Shown: piece by piece, positions 36,982-45,246 of the stretch
Layout of the letters: every line of letters begins with the position of its first letter
Position numbering within the stretch: the stretch's first letter is position 1
NCBI GenBank assembly: GCA_964425745.1
Contig: CAYRNW010000014.1
Location: forward strand, 21-64,020
Direction: 5' to 3'
DNA length: 64,000 nt
Source: an uncultured Eubacteriales bacterium
Lineage (GTDB): Bacteria > Bacillota > JAAYKD01
Position numbers and translations under genes: made by a program
Notes under the pieces: generated by a model
What the model saw: the letters and a program-made list of their open reading frames with translations, nothing else
What the model was told of the DNA's origin: nothing
Database searches by the model: none

Positions 36982-37893
36982 ATGTCTATTATCATTCAAG
37001 GCCATATTTATGAGTTCTCAAAAGAAGTTCGCCGCGACCCACATTTACGCGAGGGATTTATGCAATTAGCACGGAAAACCTTCGGTATCGACTTTCATCC
37101 TTGGTTGGAACAAGGCTATTGGGGTGATGCTTTTGTGCCCTACGTTCTGACCTATCAGGGACAAGTGGTGGCATCGGTTTGTGTGAATCTGATTTTTGGA
37201 CGGATAACTTCTCAAAACATGGGGAGAGAACCGTCCCCAAGAAAATTATTCGTGCAGTTGGGTGGCGTGATTACGGCAAAGGAGCACCGCGGGCGGGGGT
37301 TGTCGCGTTGGCTCATCGAGCAAGTGCTTGAGGAGTGGCGTGAAAAAGCAGACGGAATTTATTTATACGCCAACGATTCGGTCTTAGACTTTTATCCGAA
37401 GTTCGGTTTTGTAAAAGAGCAAGAATTTCAAGCATCTGTTGTAGCTTTAGGACCGGCACAACCGATGAGAAAACTCGATCTAACTAGTGAAGAGGATCTA
37501 ACACTGCTAAAACACTGCTATGAACAGGGGAATCCCTATGCTGCCTTTCAAGTCGAGTATTTCAATTTGATTATGTTTTATTTGCTGGGACCTTATAAAG
37601 ATTGTGTTTATAATGTGCCCGAACAGCAGACACTGCTAATTGCAAAGCAAGAAGCCGGTAGGTGGCAGTGTTTTGAAATTTTGGGGAGCAGCAAGCTCCC
37701 TTTGCCTCAACTGCTGGGAGTGCTGAACCCTGATCAACCCACAAGGCTCGAATTGGGCTTTCAAGCGCAATCGAGCTTGGACTTTTCGGTCCAGCCCTTG
37801 CACGAGGAAGATACCACCTTCTTTGTCTTAGCAGGCAAAGAACGTCCGTTTACATCGGGTTTCGGTCGCATGCCGGTCTTATCTCGAGCTTAG
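36982..37893 (+). CDS. two-domain GNAT-family N-acetyltransferase (303 aa) carrying an in-frame copy of the 18-nt repeat TIR
   Basis: GNAT motif A (AKEHRGRGLSRWL); start MSIIIQG behind AGGTGA; 37221-37238 = GGGGAGAGAACCGTCCCC encodes GREPSP in a predicted loop. Confidence 0.75.
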   Translation: MSIIIQGHIYEFSKEVRRDPHLREGFMQLARKTFGIDFHPWLEQGYWGDAFVPYVLTYQGQVVASVCVNLIFGRITSQNMGREPSPRKLFVQLGGVITAKEHRGRGLSRWLIEQVLEEWREKADGIYLYANDSVLDFYPKFGFVKEQEFQASVVALGPAQPMRKLDLTSEEDLTLLKHCYEQGNPYAAFQVEYFNLIMFYLLGPYKDCVYNVPEQQTLLIAKQEAGRWQCFEILGSSKLPLPQLLGVLNPDQPTRLELGFQAQSSLDFSVQPLHEEDTTFFVLAGKERPFTSGFGRMPVLSRA

Positions 37894-37919
37894 ATATGAA
37901 TCTTTAGGAGGTGCGTCTA

Positions 37920-38954
37920 TTGCCACTGCAAATCATTCGTCAGGATCTTACCAAAATGGAAGTCAACGCCATTGTCAATGCCGCCAACTCGCAATTGCAA
38001 CAAGGAGGCGGTGTCTGCGGAGCGATTTTCGCAGCTGCCGGAGCAGAACGGCTACAAGCCGAGTGCAATACCCTCGCTCCTTGCCCGGTAGGCCAAGCTG
38101 TTCTGACTCAAGGGTATGACTTGCCGGCGGACTTCATCATTCACACCGTGGGTCCTGTTTGGCAAGGCGGAGATCATAATGAAGAAGCGTTGCTTCGCTC
38201 GTGTTATCGTTCGAGCCTGACGCTTGCTCAAGCGCGGGGCTTGGATTCTATCGCTTTTCCACTGATCTCGAGTGGAATTTATGGGTATCCAAAGGATTTG
38301 GCGTTGCAGGTTGCCATGAAAACGATTGGAGAATTCCTGTTGGAACACGAGATGCAGGTTTCTTTAGTGGTATATGATGCGGATACGGTTCAGATTAGTA
38401 AATCACAATACCGCGAGTTACAAGAGTTCATCGATGATCATTATGTGGAGGAACATCTGCTGCGCCGAAGCAGACGAAATGAAGTGAGCGCTGATCTTGC
38501 TGAAGAAGAAAGCGTCCGTTATCGAGTGCCTTATCGCGAATCTTCTCCTTCTCCAAAGCAAAAGTCGGCCCATGCCGCCTCCCAACGTAGCTTTGTGGTC
38601 AAAGAATTCTCCATAAGTGAAACCTTTAGTGAAATGTTGTTTCGTCATATCGATCAAAGTGGCTTAACAGACCCGCAAGTCTACCGCAGAGCGAACATGG
38701 ATCGCCGCTTGTTTTCAAAAATTCGCAGCAACACAGAGTATCAACCCAGCAAGAATACCGCTTTGGCCTTAGCGGTTGCTTTAAAGCTGAATCTCGATCA
38801 GACCACCGATTTATTGCGGCGAGCCGGGTATGCTTTATCACCGAGCAGCAAATTCGATTTGATTGTCGAATACTTCATTCGTGAACAGTTGTTCGATATA
38901 TTCGAAATCAACGCCGTTCTCTTCGAATATGGGCAAAGCTTGTTGGGGGTGTAA
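37920..38954 (+). CDS. macro-domain (ADP-ribose binding / Appr-1-pp processing) protein fused to a C-terminal XRE-like HTH region
   Basis: Macro motifs (AIVNAANSQLQQGGGVCGAIFAAAG, FPLISSGIYGYP); C-terminal HTH-like segment; TTG start 9 nt after AGGAGG (track GTG at 37911 abuts the RBS). Confidence 0.7.
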   Translation: MPLQIIRQDLTKMEVNAIVNAANSQLQQGGGVCGAIFAAAGAERLQAECNTLAPCPVGQAVLTQGYDLPADFIIHTVGPVWQGGDHNEEALLRSCYRSSLTLAQARGLDSIAFPLISSGIYGYPKDLALQVAMKTIGEFLLEHEMQVSLVVYDADTVQISKSQYRELQEFIDDHYVEEHLLRRSRRNEVSADLAEEESVRYRVPYRESSPSPKQKSAHAASQRSFVVKEFSISETFSEMLFRHIDQSGLTDPQVYRRANMDRRLFSKIRSNTEYQPSKNTALALAVALKLNLDQTTDLLRRAGYALSPSSKFDLIVEYFIREQLFDIFEINAVLFEYGQSLLGV

Positions 38955-39068
38955 TAGGTTTGCGGGTGTTTGTTTAGGGACGCCCAAAAAATGTCGCATG
39001 GCAAGCGACCTATCGGTTTAAGACTCATGGTATTCTCTGAGTGAAATCAAAAACGAGGAGGATGGATC

Positions 39069-39719
39069 ATGAAAAAAGGTTTAACCGAGTTGGTATTCAT
39101 TTTAGACCGCAGCGGCTCGATGAGTGGATTAGAGAAGGATACGATTGGTGGCTTCAATTCCCTTTTGGAGAAGCAGAAAAAAGAAGCGGGTGCCTGCATT
39201 GTGACGACCGTTTTATTCGATGATCGCTACGAATTATTGCACGACCGCATTCAAATTCACGGCATCGCCCCGATTACTGAGCGGGAATACTTCGTCCGGG
39301 GATCGACCGCTTTGTTGGATGCCATGGGAGTGACGATCAACAAAATCGGTAATGCCCAAAAGCATACCGCAGAGGCAGAAAGAGCTGAAAAAGTGTTGTT
39401 TGTCATCACCACCGATGGTATGGAAAATGCCAGTCGAGAATTTACCGCTGAAAAGATCCGAACTATGGTTGAGCACCAAAAAGCGGTTTATGGTTGGGAG
39501 TTCTTATTCTTGGGTGCGAATATCGATGCTGTAGCAACGGCCGCACAATATGGCATTGCCGAAGATCGCGCTGCCTCGTATCATGCCGATGCTGACGGTA
39601 CCCAACTGAACTTTATCGCGGTCAACGAGGCGGTGGTCAAATTCCGCACGAACAAAAAAATGGATGCCCATTGGAAGGCACCCATCGAAGAAGATTTCAA
39701 AAAACGCGGTAAAAAATAA
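39069..39719 (+). CDS. von Willebrand factor A (vWA) domain protein
   Basis: MIDAS motif (DRSGSMSG); GAGGAGG RBS. Confidence 0.75.
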   Translation: MKKGLTELVFILDRSGSMSGLEKDTIGGFNSLLEKQKKEAGACIVTTVLFDDRYELLHDRIQIHGIAPITEREYFVRGSTALLDAMGVTINKIGNAQKHTAEAERAEKVLFVITTDGMENASREFTAEKIRTMVEHQKAVYGWEFLFLGANIDAVATAAQYGIAEDRAASYHADADGTQLNFIAVNEAVVKFRTNKKMDAHWKAPIEEDFKKRGKK

Positions 39720-39723
39720 GCTT

Positions 39724-39741
39724 GGGGACGGTTCTCTCCCC
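39724..39741. repeat. single copy of the 18-bp TIR GGGGACGGTTCTCTCCCC
   Basis: Exact motif 4 nt after the vWA stop. Confidence 0.8.
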
Positions 39742-39826
39742 TCGATTTTTACCAATTAACCACCAGTTAAACCCCTGCATCCGGTTAACACTTGACCATT
39801 AAATCTCCAAATCACGTTACTATTTC

Positions 39827-39877
39827 AAAGCCCCGTATGAAGAGCACTTCCACGTGTTTCATACAGGGCTTTTTTTA
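39827..39877 (+). terminator. rho-independent terminator (plus strand) overlapping the 3' end of the convergent gene
   Basis: AAAGCCCCGTATGAA...TTCATACAGGGCTTT stem followed by T7. Confidence 0.6.
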
Positions 39878-41218
39878 TAAAATCTTCACCAATGCTTTTT
39901 CAATGCGGTGATCCTCAATTTCCACCACTTTAATACGGAGTCCGTACGCATCCAATTCAAATTGCACACCGTCGTCCGGAATCGAACCGAGCACTCCAAA
40001 CACCATACCGCCAAAGGTATCGTAATCATCAGTTGGCAACCATAGATTAAGTTTTTCTGCAACCTCGTGGAGATCGATTTGACCTTGCACGCTCCAAAGC
40101 CCCTCTTCGACCTCAACCATGAGTTGGTTCTCTCCAATGACATCTTCGTCGTCATCCAAATCGCCAACCAGCTGCTCAATCAGGTCATTCATCGTGATAA
40201 TCCCACTCATTCCTCCATATTCATCGAGCACAACCGCAAGCCTGACCCGATTGGCCTTCATGTTTCGGAACAAGTTATCTGCCCTGACACTGCCGGGCAC
40301 AAAATAAGCCGGTTGAACTACATTCTGCATAACTTCCTCTTTGGTCAAATTTTTATGCCTGAAATAGTCCTTAATGTTGACGATTCCCAAAACGTTGTCC
40401 GCACTGTCTTCACAAACCGGGTAAACGGTAAAAGGATTATTGTGGATGGTTTCCTCCCATTGTTCCAGTGAATCCTCTACCCATAAAATTGCGACCTCTG
40501 TCCGATGGGTCGCGATTTCTTCGGCGGTGATATCATCAAACTCAAAAACATTCTGTATGAATTCGCGTTCGTGTTTATCGATGGTCCCTTTGGCACTGCC
40601 GACATCCACCATCATCCGGATCTCCTCTTCGCTAACCTCGTCATCCACATGATCGGGGTCAATGCCAAACAACCGCAAAATAATGTTGGTTGAAAAAGTG
40701 AGTAAGCCAACGATAGGGGCAAACACTTTTGCAATAACACTGACCAATCCCGATAACCCCAAGGCCATCGACTCCGATTTGCGCATCGCGATTCGTTTTG
40801 GCACCAATTCACCAAACACCAAGGTGACGTAGGATAAAATGATGGTGATCGTCACTACTGCAATCGTATTCAACGCCTGCACAGAACCGGGCACACCCAT
40901 AGAAACCATCAGGTCTACAAGTGAATCAGAGAAGTTTTCGGCAGCAAAAGCACTGCCTAAAAAGCCCGAGAGGGTAATCGCCACCTGAATGGTCGCTAAA
41001 AACCTCGCTGGCTGACTGGTCAGTTTCACTAACCTTGCTGCTCGAACGTCACCTTTTTCTGCCATGCTGGCTAATTTGTTATCATTAACTGTGATGATCG
41101 CGATTTCAGCACTGGCAAAAATTGCATTCAGAAAAACTAAAAGAATTTGAATTGCCAGCAAAGTCGAAAGACTGCTTTCCACAATAATACTTCCTTTCAA
41201 AAACAACAAAACAAGCAC
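39875..41218 (-). CDS. HlyC/CorC (CNNM) family transporter: DUF21 membrane domain + CBS pair + CorC_HlyC domain
   Basis: N-terminal 4-TM DUF21, two CBS motifs, C-terminal transporter-associated domain. Confidence 0.8.
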   Translation of the reverse strand: MLVLLFLKGSIIVESSLSTLLAIQILLVFLNAIFASAEIAIITVNDNKLASMAEKGDVRAARLVKLTSQPARFLATIQVAITLSGFLGSAFAAENFSDSLVDLMVSMGVPGSVQALNTIAVVTITIILSYVTLVFGELVPKRIAMRKSESMALGLSGLVSVIAKVFAPIVGLLTFSTNIILRLFGIDPDHVDDEVSEEEIRMMVDVGSAKGTIDKHEREFIQNVFEFDDITAEEIATHRTEVAILWVEDSLEQWEETIHNNPFTVYPVCEDSADNVLGIVNIKDYFRHKNLTKEEVMQNVVQPAYFVPGSVRADNLFRNMKANRVRLAVVLDEYGGMSGIITMNDLIEQLVGDLDDDEDVIGENQLMVEVEEGLWSVQGQIDLHEVAEKLNLWLPTDDYDTFGGMVFGVLGSIPDDGVQFELDAYGLRIKVVEIEDHRIEKALVKIL

Positions 41219-41384
41219 TCCTTGCTCATGGTTATCAGCAAAGATGCTTGTTTAATCTCATGATTCGTACAGCAAAAAGAGGATGCTCGCTTTCTTCGGT
41301 TCCCATGGGAGCCATCGCAGTTACCTCGCTTTACACTTTTATCTTTTTTATGGTATCAAAAATGTGTATCCTTGTCAAGTTTTC

Positions 41385-41413
41385 CCCGGAGCCCCTTGCT
41401 TGTAGTGACGATT
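41385..41413 (+). promoter_or_regulatory. sigma-A type promoter
   Basis: TTGCTT-N17-TATAAT about 58 nt upstream of ATG 41472. Confidence 0.45.
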
Positions 41414-41471
41414 TCTTATATAATGGTGAATATTCTACGATGCAGACAGACTGGAAGGTAATGGTGAGGTC

Positions 41472-42059
41472 ATGGAACACAAAGAGCTGGAAATCATCAA
41501 GGTTAATCAAGAGTATGGGGGCAATCAGTATCGTTTTCGTCACCCGATCATGAATCGGGGCGGTTGTTCTACGGTCGCCGCATGTCATGCAGCGGCCATG
41601 TTAGCACACAAAGATCCTACTCGCTCGGCTCTTTATCCTTATGAACATCTGCAAATCAGCCAGACCGAATTCACGAAATTTGCCGATCGTATGTATCGCT
41701 TCGTTGCCCCGGGATTTCGTGGCATGGCTGAAACACATCTTTTTGAAAGAGGTTTCGAAAAATTTGCTAAGGCGCAAGGGATAGAAGTCCGTTTTGAATC
41801 GCTGCAAGGTGATGCATCGTTTGAAGAAGCAAGGGCATTGATCCATCGACTGATCGATAACGGTATTGGCGTACAATATCTGCTTCTGCGTCATACCAAT
41901 CCCTTATTTGATGAAATCGAGTGGCATTGGTTTACCGTAACCGGCTACATTGACAACGAAATCATCTACTCAACCTGGGGCGAACGGCGAACCGCCGACC
42001 TCAAACTCCTCTGGGATACCGGTCACAACGAAAAGGGCGGCCTCATCGCCGTTCTGTAG
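41472..42059 (+). CDS. hypothetical protein (195 aa), possibly cysteine-peptidase-like
   Basis: GGTGAGG RBS; N-terminal GGCSTVAACHA motif; no firm family call. Confidence 0.5.
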   Translation: MEHKELEIIKVNQEYGGNQYRFRHPIMNRGGCSTVAACHAAAMLAHKDPTRSALYPYEHLQISQTEFTKFADRMYRFVAPGFRGMAETHLFERGFEKFAKAQGIEVRFESLQGDASFEEARALIHRLIDNGIGVQYLLLRHTNPLFDEIEWHWFTVTGYIDNEIIYSTWGERRTADLKLLWDTGHNEKGGLIAVL

Positions 42060-42060
42060 T

Positions 42061-42285
42061 GGGGACGGTTCTCTCCCCGCCGTTTTTCCCAATTATTTCC
42101 CATCACTCAACACAAAACACGATCCATACTTTTCGTATCGGATCGTGTTTTGTTGATTCCTACAAGGGCAGAAGCAAAAGATTGCCTTCTTACGCCGCAC
42201 TTTTAGATTTGAGCTTCGAATTTGAAGACTGGGATTCGAAGGCTGGAAAATAGATGGATAATTTCCAGGGGAGAGAACCGTCCCC
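42061..42285. repeat. 225-nt MITE-like element: perfect 18-bp TIRs bracketing a 189-nt interior that contains a terminator hairpin
   Basis: 42061-42078 GGGGACGGTTCTCTCCCC and 42268-42285 GGGGAGAGAACCGTCCCC are exact reverse complements; interior has a 13-bp perfect stem CAAAACACGATCC/GGATCGTGTTTTG at about 42109-42155. Confidence 0.75.
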
Positions 42286-42290
42286 AAGTA

Positions 42291-43127
42291 TTACTTGAAG
42301 AGCCAGAGACTGAACGCCATGATTACCATACCGGCAATCATACCGTAAATGCTCAAATGATGCTCTCCGTATTCTTGTGCCGAAGGTAAGAGTTCATCGA
42401 TCGAGATGTAAACCATAATCCCCGCAACCACTCCAAAGAGGATTCCATAAACGACGTCGTTCATGAAAGGCATCAAAATCAAATAGCCAATGAGAGCTCC
42501 AATGGGCTCCGACAATCCTGACGCAAAGGAATACAAAAAAGCCTTCTTTTTACTTCCGGTTGCATAATAAATCGGGTATGACACCGCCATTCCTTCCGGA
42601 ATATTATGGATTGCAATTGCCACTACAATCGGAATTGCAATAGTTGGGTCCTGCAACGCGGAAATGAAAGTCGCCAACCCTTCGGGAAAATTGTGGATGG
42701 CAATCGCCAGTGCTGTAAAAACTCCGGTTCGCATCAATTTTGAATGATCTTCACGTTCTTTGACCCCGTCAATTAGAACCTGCTTCCCTTCATCATCGTG
42801 AATATGAGAAGATTGGTTGAAATCGTGAGGATTTTGTTCACTGGGTAGAATTTTATCAATCAAACCGATAATCAGCATCCCCGCGAAAAATGCTAGGTTT
42901 GCTGCTAAAAATCCGCCTTGTTCTCCATAGGATATGGTTAAAGAATCCTTAGCTTTGACGAAAATTTCGACCATGGAGACATAAATCATAACCCCAGCTG
43001 AGAAGCCTAGGCTAATTGCTAAAACATGATTACTAACTTTTTTTGTAAATAATGCGATTAAGCTTCCGATACCAGTCGACAATCCAGCAAATACCGTAAG
43101 CAAAAAAGCAAACCATACATTACCCAA
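42291..43127 (-). CDS. ZIP-family zinc/metal transporter (ZupT-like)
   Basis: ZIP histidine motifs (HNFPEGLA, HNIPEGMAV) in TM helices. Confidence 0.8.
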   Translation of the reverse strand: MGNVWFAFLLTVFAGLSTGIGSLIALFTKKVSNHVLAISLGFSAGVMIYVSMVEIFVKAKDSLTISYGEQGGFLAANLAFFAGMLIIGLIDKILPSEQNPHDFNQSSHIHDDEGKQVLIDGVKEREDHSKLMRTGVFTALAIAIHNFPEGLATFISALQDPTIAIPIVVAIAIHNIPEGMAVSYPIYYATGSKKKAFLYSFASGLSEPIGALIGYLILMPFMNDVVYGILFGVVAGIMVYISIDELLPSAQEYGEHHLSIYGMIAGMVIMAFSLWLFK

Positions 43128-43242
43128 ATGCGCTCATCCTTTCTATGAAACGTTGATGCAATGCTATCTATCTTCCTCACCACGAGGCCGTTTCCCTTTC
43201 TACTCAAACAACAAACAAAATTATCATACCCCCTTGACTTCG

Positions 43243-43272
43243 CATAAACATATGTTATTATTAACATATGTT
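43243..43272 (+). promoter_or_regulatory. PadR-type operator, tandem AACATATGTTA palindromes forming ATGT-N8-ACAT
   Basis: AACATATGTTATTATTAACATATGTTA read directly, 15-45 nt upstream of the PadR start codon. Confidence 0.55.
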
Positions 43273-43287
43273 AGGAGCGTGATAAGT

Positions 43288-43842
43288 ATGAACATCCGTT
43301 TTGCCATTTTGGGCTTACTCCGGGCAAAATCCATGTCCGGATATGATATTAAAAAAGCGATGCAGGATTCCCCTTATCTCTTGTGGTCCGGTAATAATAA
43401 CCAAGTCTACACGGCTTTGCTGTCATTGTGCCGAGAAGAGGCGTTGACTTGCGAGACCGTTCATCAGGAGAACGGTCCATCGAAAAAAATGTACCGAATC
43501 ACCGAGACCGGTCAACAACAATTGCTTGAAACCTTTCAAGCCGCTGAACTACCCTTGCCGGAATATCGAAATTGGTTTCTGCTTTTGTGGTCTCAAATCG
43601 ATGTGCTTCCCAAAAAGGAATCCGAATCCCTTCTGCAAGCATACCGCGAAGCTGTTTATGGCCAACTCCGTTACGAAGAAGAACGGATTCGTAGACAACA
43701 ACAAGAATTCAAAACTCCACAAGAAGAATTAATCATCACCCGCTTACGAGCCCATATACTGCAATTTTATCAGAATGAGTTGACTTGGATCCAAGAAACT
43801 CAGGCTCTATGGAGCCAATTAGGAAAGGAGGCATCTCAATGA
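43288..43842 (+). CDS. PadR-family transcriptional regulator
   Basis: PadR wHTH N-terminus (MNIRFAILGLLRAKSMSGYDIKKAM); start at ATG 43288 (track ORF from 43153). Confidence 0.8.
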   Translation: MNIRFAILGLLRAKSMSGYDIKKAMQDSPYLLWSGNNNQVYTALLSLCREEALTCETVHQENGPSKKMYRITETGQQQLLETFQAAELPLPEYRNWFLLLWSQIDVLPKKESESLLQAYREAVYGQLRYEEERIRRQQQEFKTPQEELIITRLRAHILQFYQNELTWIQETQALWSQLGKEASQ

Positions 43843-44744
43843 TGCTCGAACACATCCAATTTCTCAGAAAAGAAACTGGCGCCGGGATTATGGATTGCAA
43901 GTCTGCCCTGCTAGCTGCAAATGGCGACGTTACCAAAGCAACCTCGATTCTAATGGAGAAAGGGTTTCAATTAGTACAAAAAAAAGCCGAGCGCACAGTG
44001 GAAAGCGGTGCTTCTTATGCGACGGTCAAAAATGGAGTAGCTGTTTTGGTCAATCTTCGGAGTGAAACGCCTTTTGTTGCTTCTAATCCCAAATTTCTGG
44101 ATTTCGCCGGTGTTATCGCCGAGGCTGCAGCAGCTTACTCAAGCGAAAATGTAGAGCAATTACTTGCACAGCCCACCCCTATTGCTGAAACCACAGTACA
44201 AGATTTATTGCAAAAAATGATTATGACCTTCCGTGAAAATATCGTTATCCAAAGCATTCATCGTTTGGAGGACGGGGAGGGCGCATATCCTTATGCGTAT
44301 ATGCATCAGAAAGGAAGAATTGGTGTTATTCTTCAAATGATGAAATCCGCTGCCCCTGCGGAGGTTCAAGAGGAAATCGCCAAAGAACTTGCGTTGCAGA
44401 TTGCTTCTATGTCTCCTCAAGTCGTTCGCAGAGAGGATCTCGCTGAAGCTCAGCTCCGGGAAATGCAACACGAAATCGATCAAGAAATGGAAGCAGATCC
44501 TTCTTTAAAAGGCAAACCCTCCGCCGTTCTCGGAAAAATCCGCAGTGGTAAACTAGAAAAGAAGTTAAGACAACTATGCCTCCTGGAGCAACCCTACATC
44601 CGCGATGACTCCATAAACATCGGTCAGTTTCTCAAACAACAAGAAAAGGTCCATGGGGTTTCCTTTGAGATCAAACGTTTCATTCGTCAGGAACAAGTCG
44701 TTGATTTAGAGAATGCTTCCTATTGTGCCGTCATGCGCTTCTAG
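43839..44744 (+). CDS. elongation factor Ts (EF-Ts) paralog, divergent (301 aa)
   Basis: N-terminal UBA-like EF-Ts block (LRKETGAGIMDCKSALLAANGDVTKA), ETPFVA (cf. TDFVA), dimerisation-domain similarity; AAGGAGG RBS, start overlaps the PadR stop (ATGA). Confidence 0.7.
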   Translation: MMLEHIQFLRKETGAGIMDCKSALLAANGDVTKATSILMEKGFQLVQKKAERTVESGASYATVKNGVAVLVNLRSETPFVASNPKFLDFAGVIAEAAAAYSSENVEQLLAQPTPIAETTVQDLLQKMIMTFRENIVIQSIHRLEDGEGAYPYAYMHQKGRIGVILQMMKSAAPAEVQEEIAKELALQIASMSPQVVRREDLAEAQLREMQHEIDQEMEADPSLKGKPSAVLGKIRSGKLEKKLRQLCLLEQPYIRDDSINIGQFLKQQEKVHGVSFEIKRFIRQEQVVDLENASYCAVMRF

Positions 44745-44754
44745 CGACCCGGTA

Positions 44755-45246
44755 TTATCGTTTACCGAAGCCCTTGCTGTTGCGTTCTCTCCAGGGATGA
44801 GCGCAAACTCCTTGCTCCATGACTTCCCAAAATTCATGGTAGAGAACCTCCGGATACACTCTTTCCATTTGTGAAATCTCTTCTTTACTAAAGAAGCCAA
44901 TTTCCTTTAACACTTGATGCTCATCATCAAACTCCGGATCATATCCTAAGCAAAGCTCCCCGGTCAGTCTTTTTGCCAAGAAATAATTGGTCAAAAGGAT
45001 GCCTTGGGAGTTTTTTTCTTCCACCGTCCAGAGCAGGTTCTCGATTTCTACAACAAGCCCGGTTTCTTCCAAAACCTCTCTCACACCGGCTTCGGCAGTC
45101 ATTTCCATTTGCTCAACTCCGCCCCCGGGCGGAACCCAATATTCTTCATGTCCTTCTGAAGTTCGATGAACATGCTTTACCAGCAAAATTCTCCCCAGTG
45201 CATCGGGAACGAAAACCCGGACCCCGGCCCATACCGTCGATGGCAT
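44755..45246 (-). CDS. NUDIX hydrolase
   Basis: Nudix box GGGVEQMEMTAEAGVREVLEETG; start at 45246 with GGGAGGA RBS, overlapping the upstream stop (TAATG). Confidence 0.8.
   Translation of the reverse strand: MPSTVWAGVRVFVPDALGRILLVKHVHRTSEGHEEYWVPPGGGVEQMEMTAEAGVREVLEETGLVVEIENLLWTVEEKNSQGILLTNYFLAKRLTGELCLGYDPEFDDEHQVLKEIGFFSKEEISQMERVYPEVLYHEFWEVMEQGVCAHPWRERNSKGFGKR

Noticed and set aside
37911-38954. DarTG-type toxin-antitoxin call for the macro-domain gene
   Set aside because: No DarT-like (DUF4433) ADP-ribosyltransferase gene is adjacent; the upstream gene is a GNAT, so only a generic macro/HTH annotation is supported.
41248-41553. 101-aa plus-strand ORF spanning the promoter and start of the 41472 gene
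   Set aside because: It overlaps a good TTGCTT-N17-TATAAT promoter and the better-supported ATG at 41472 (GGTGAGG RBS); likely spurious.
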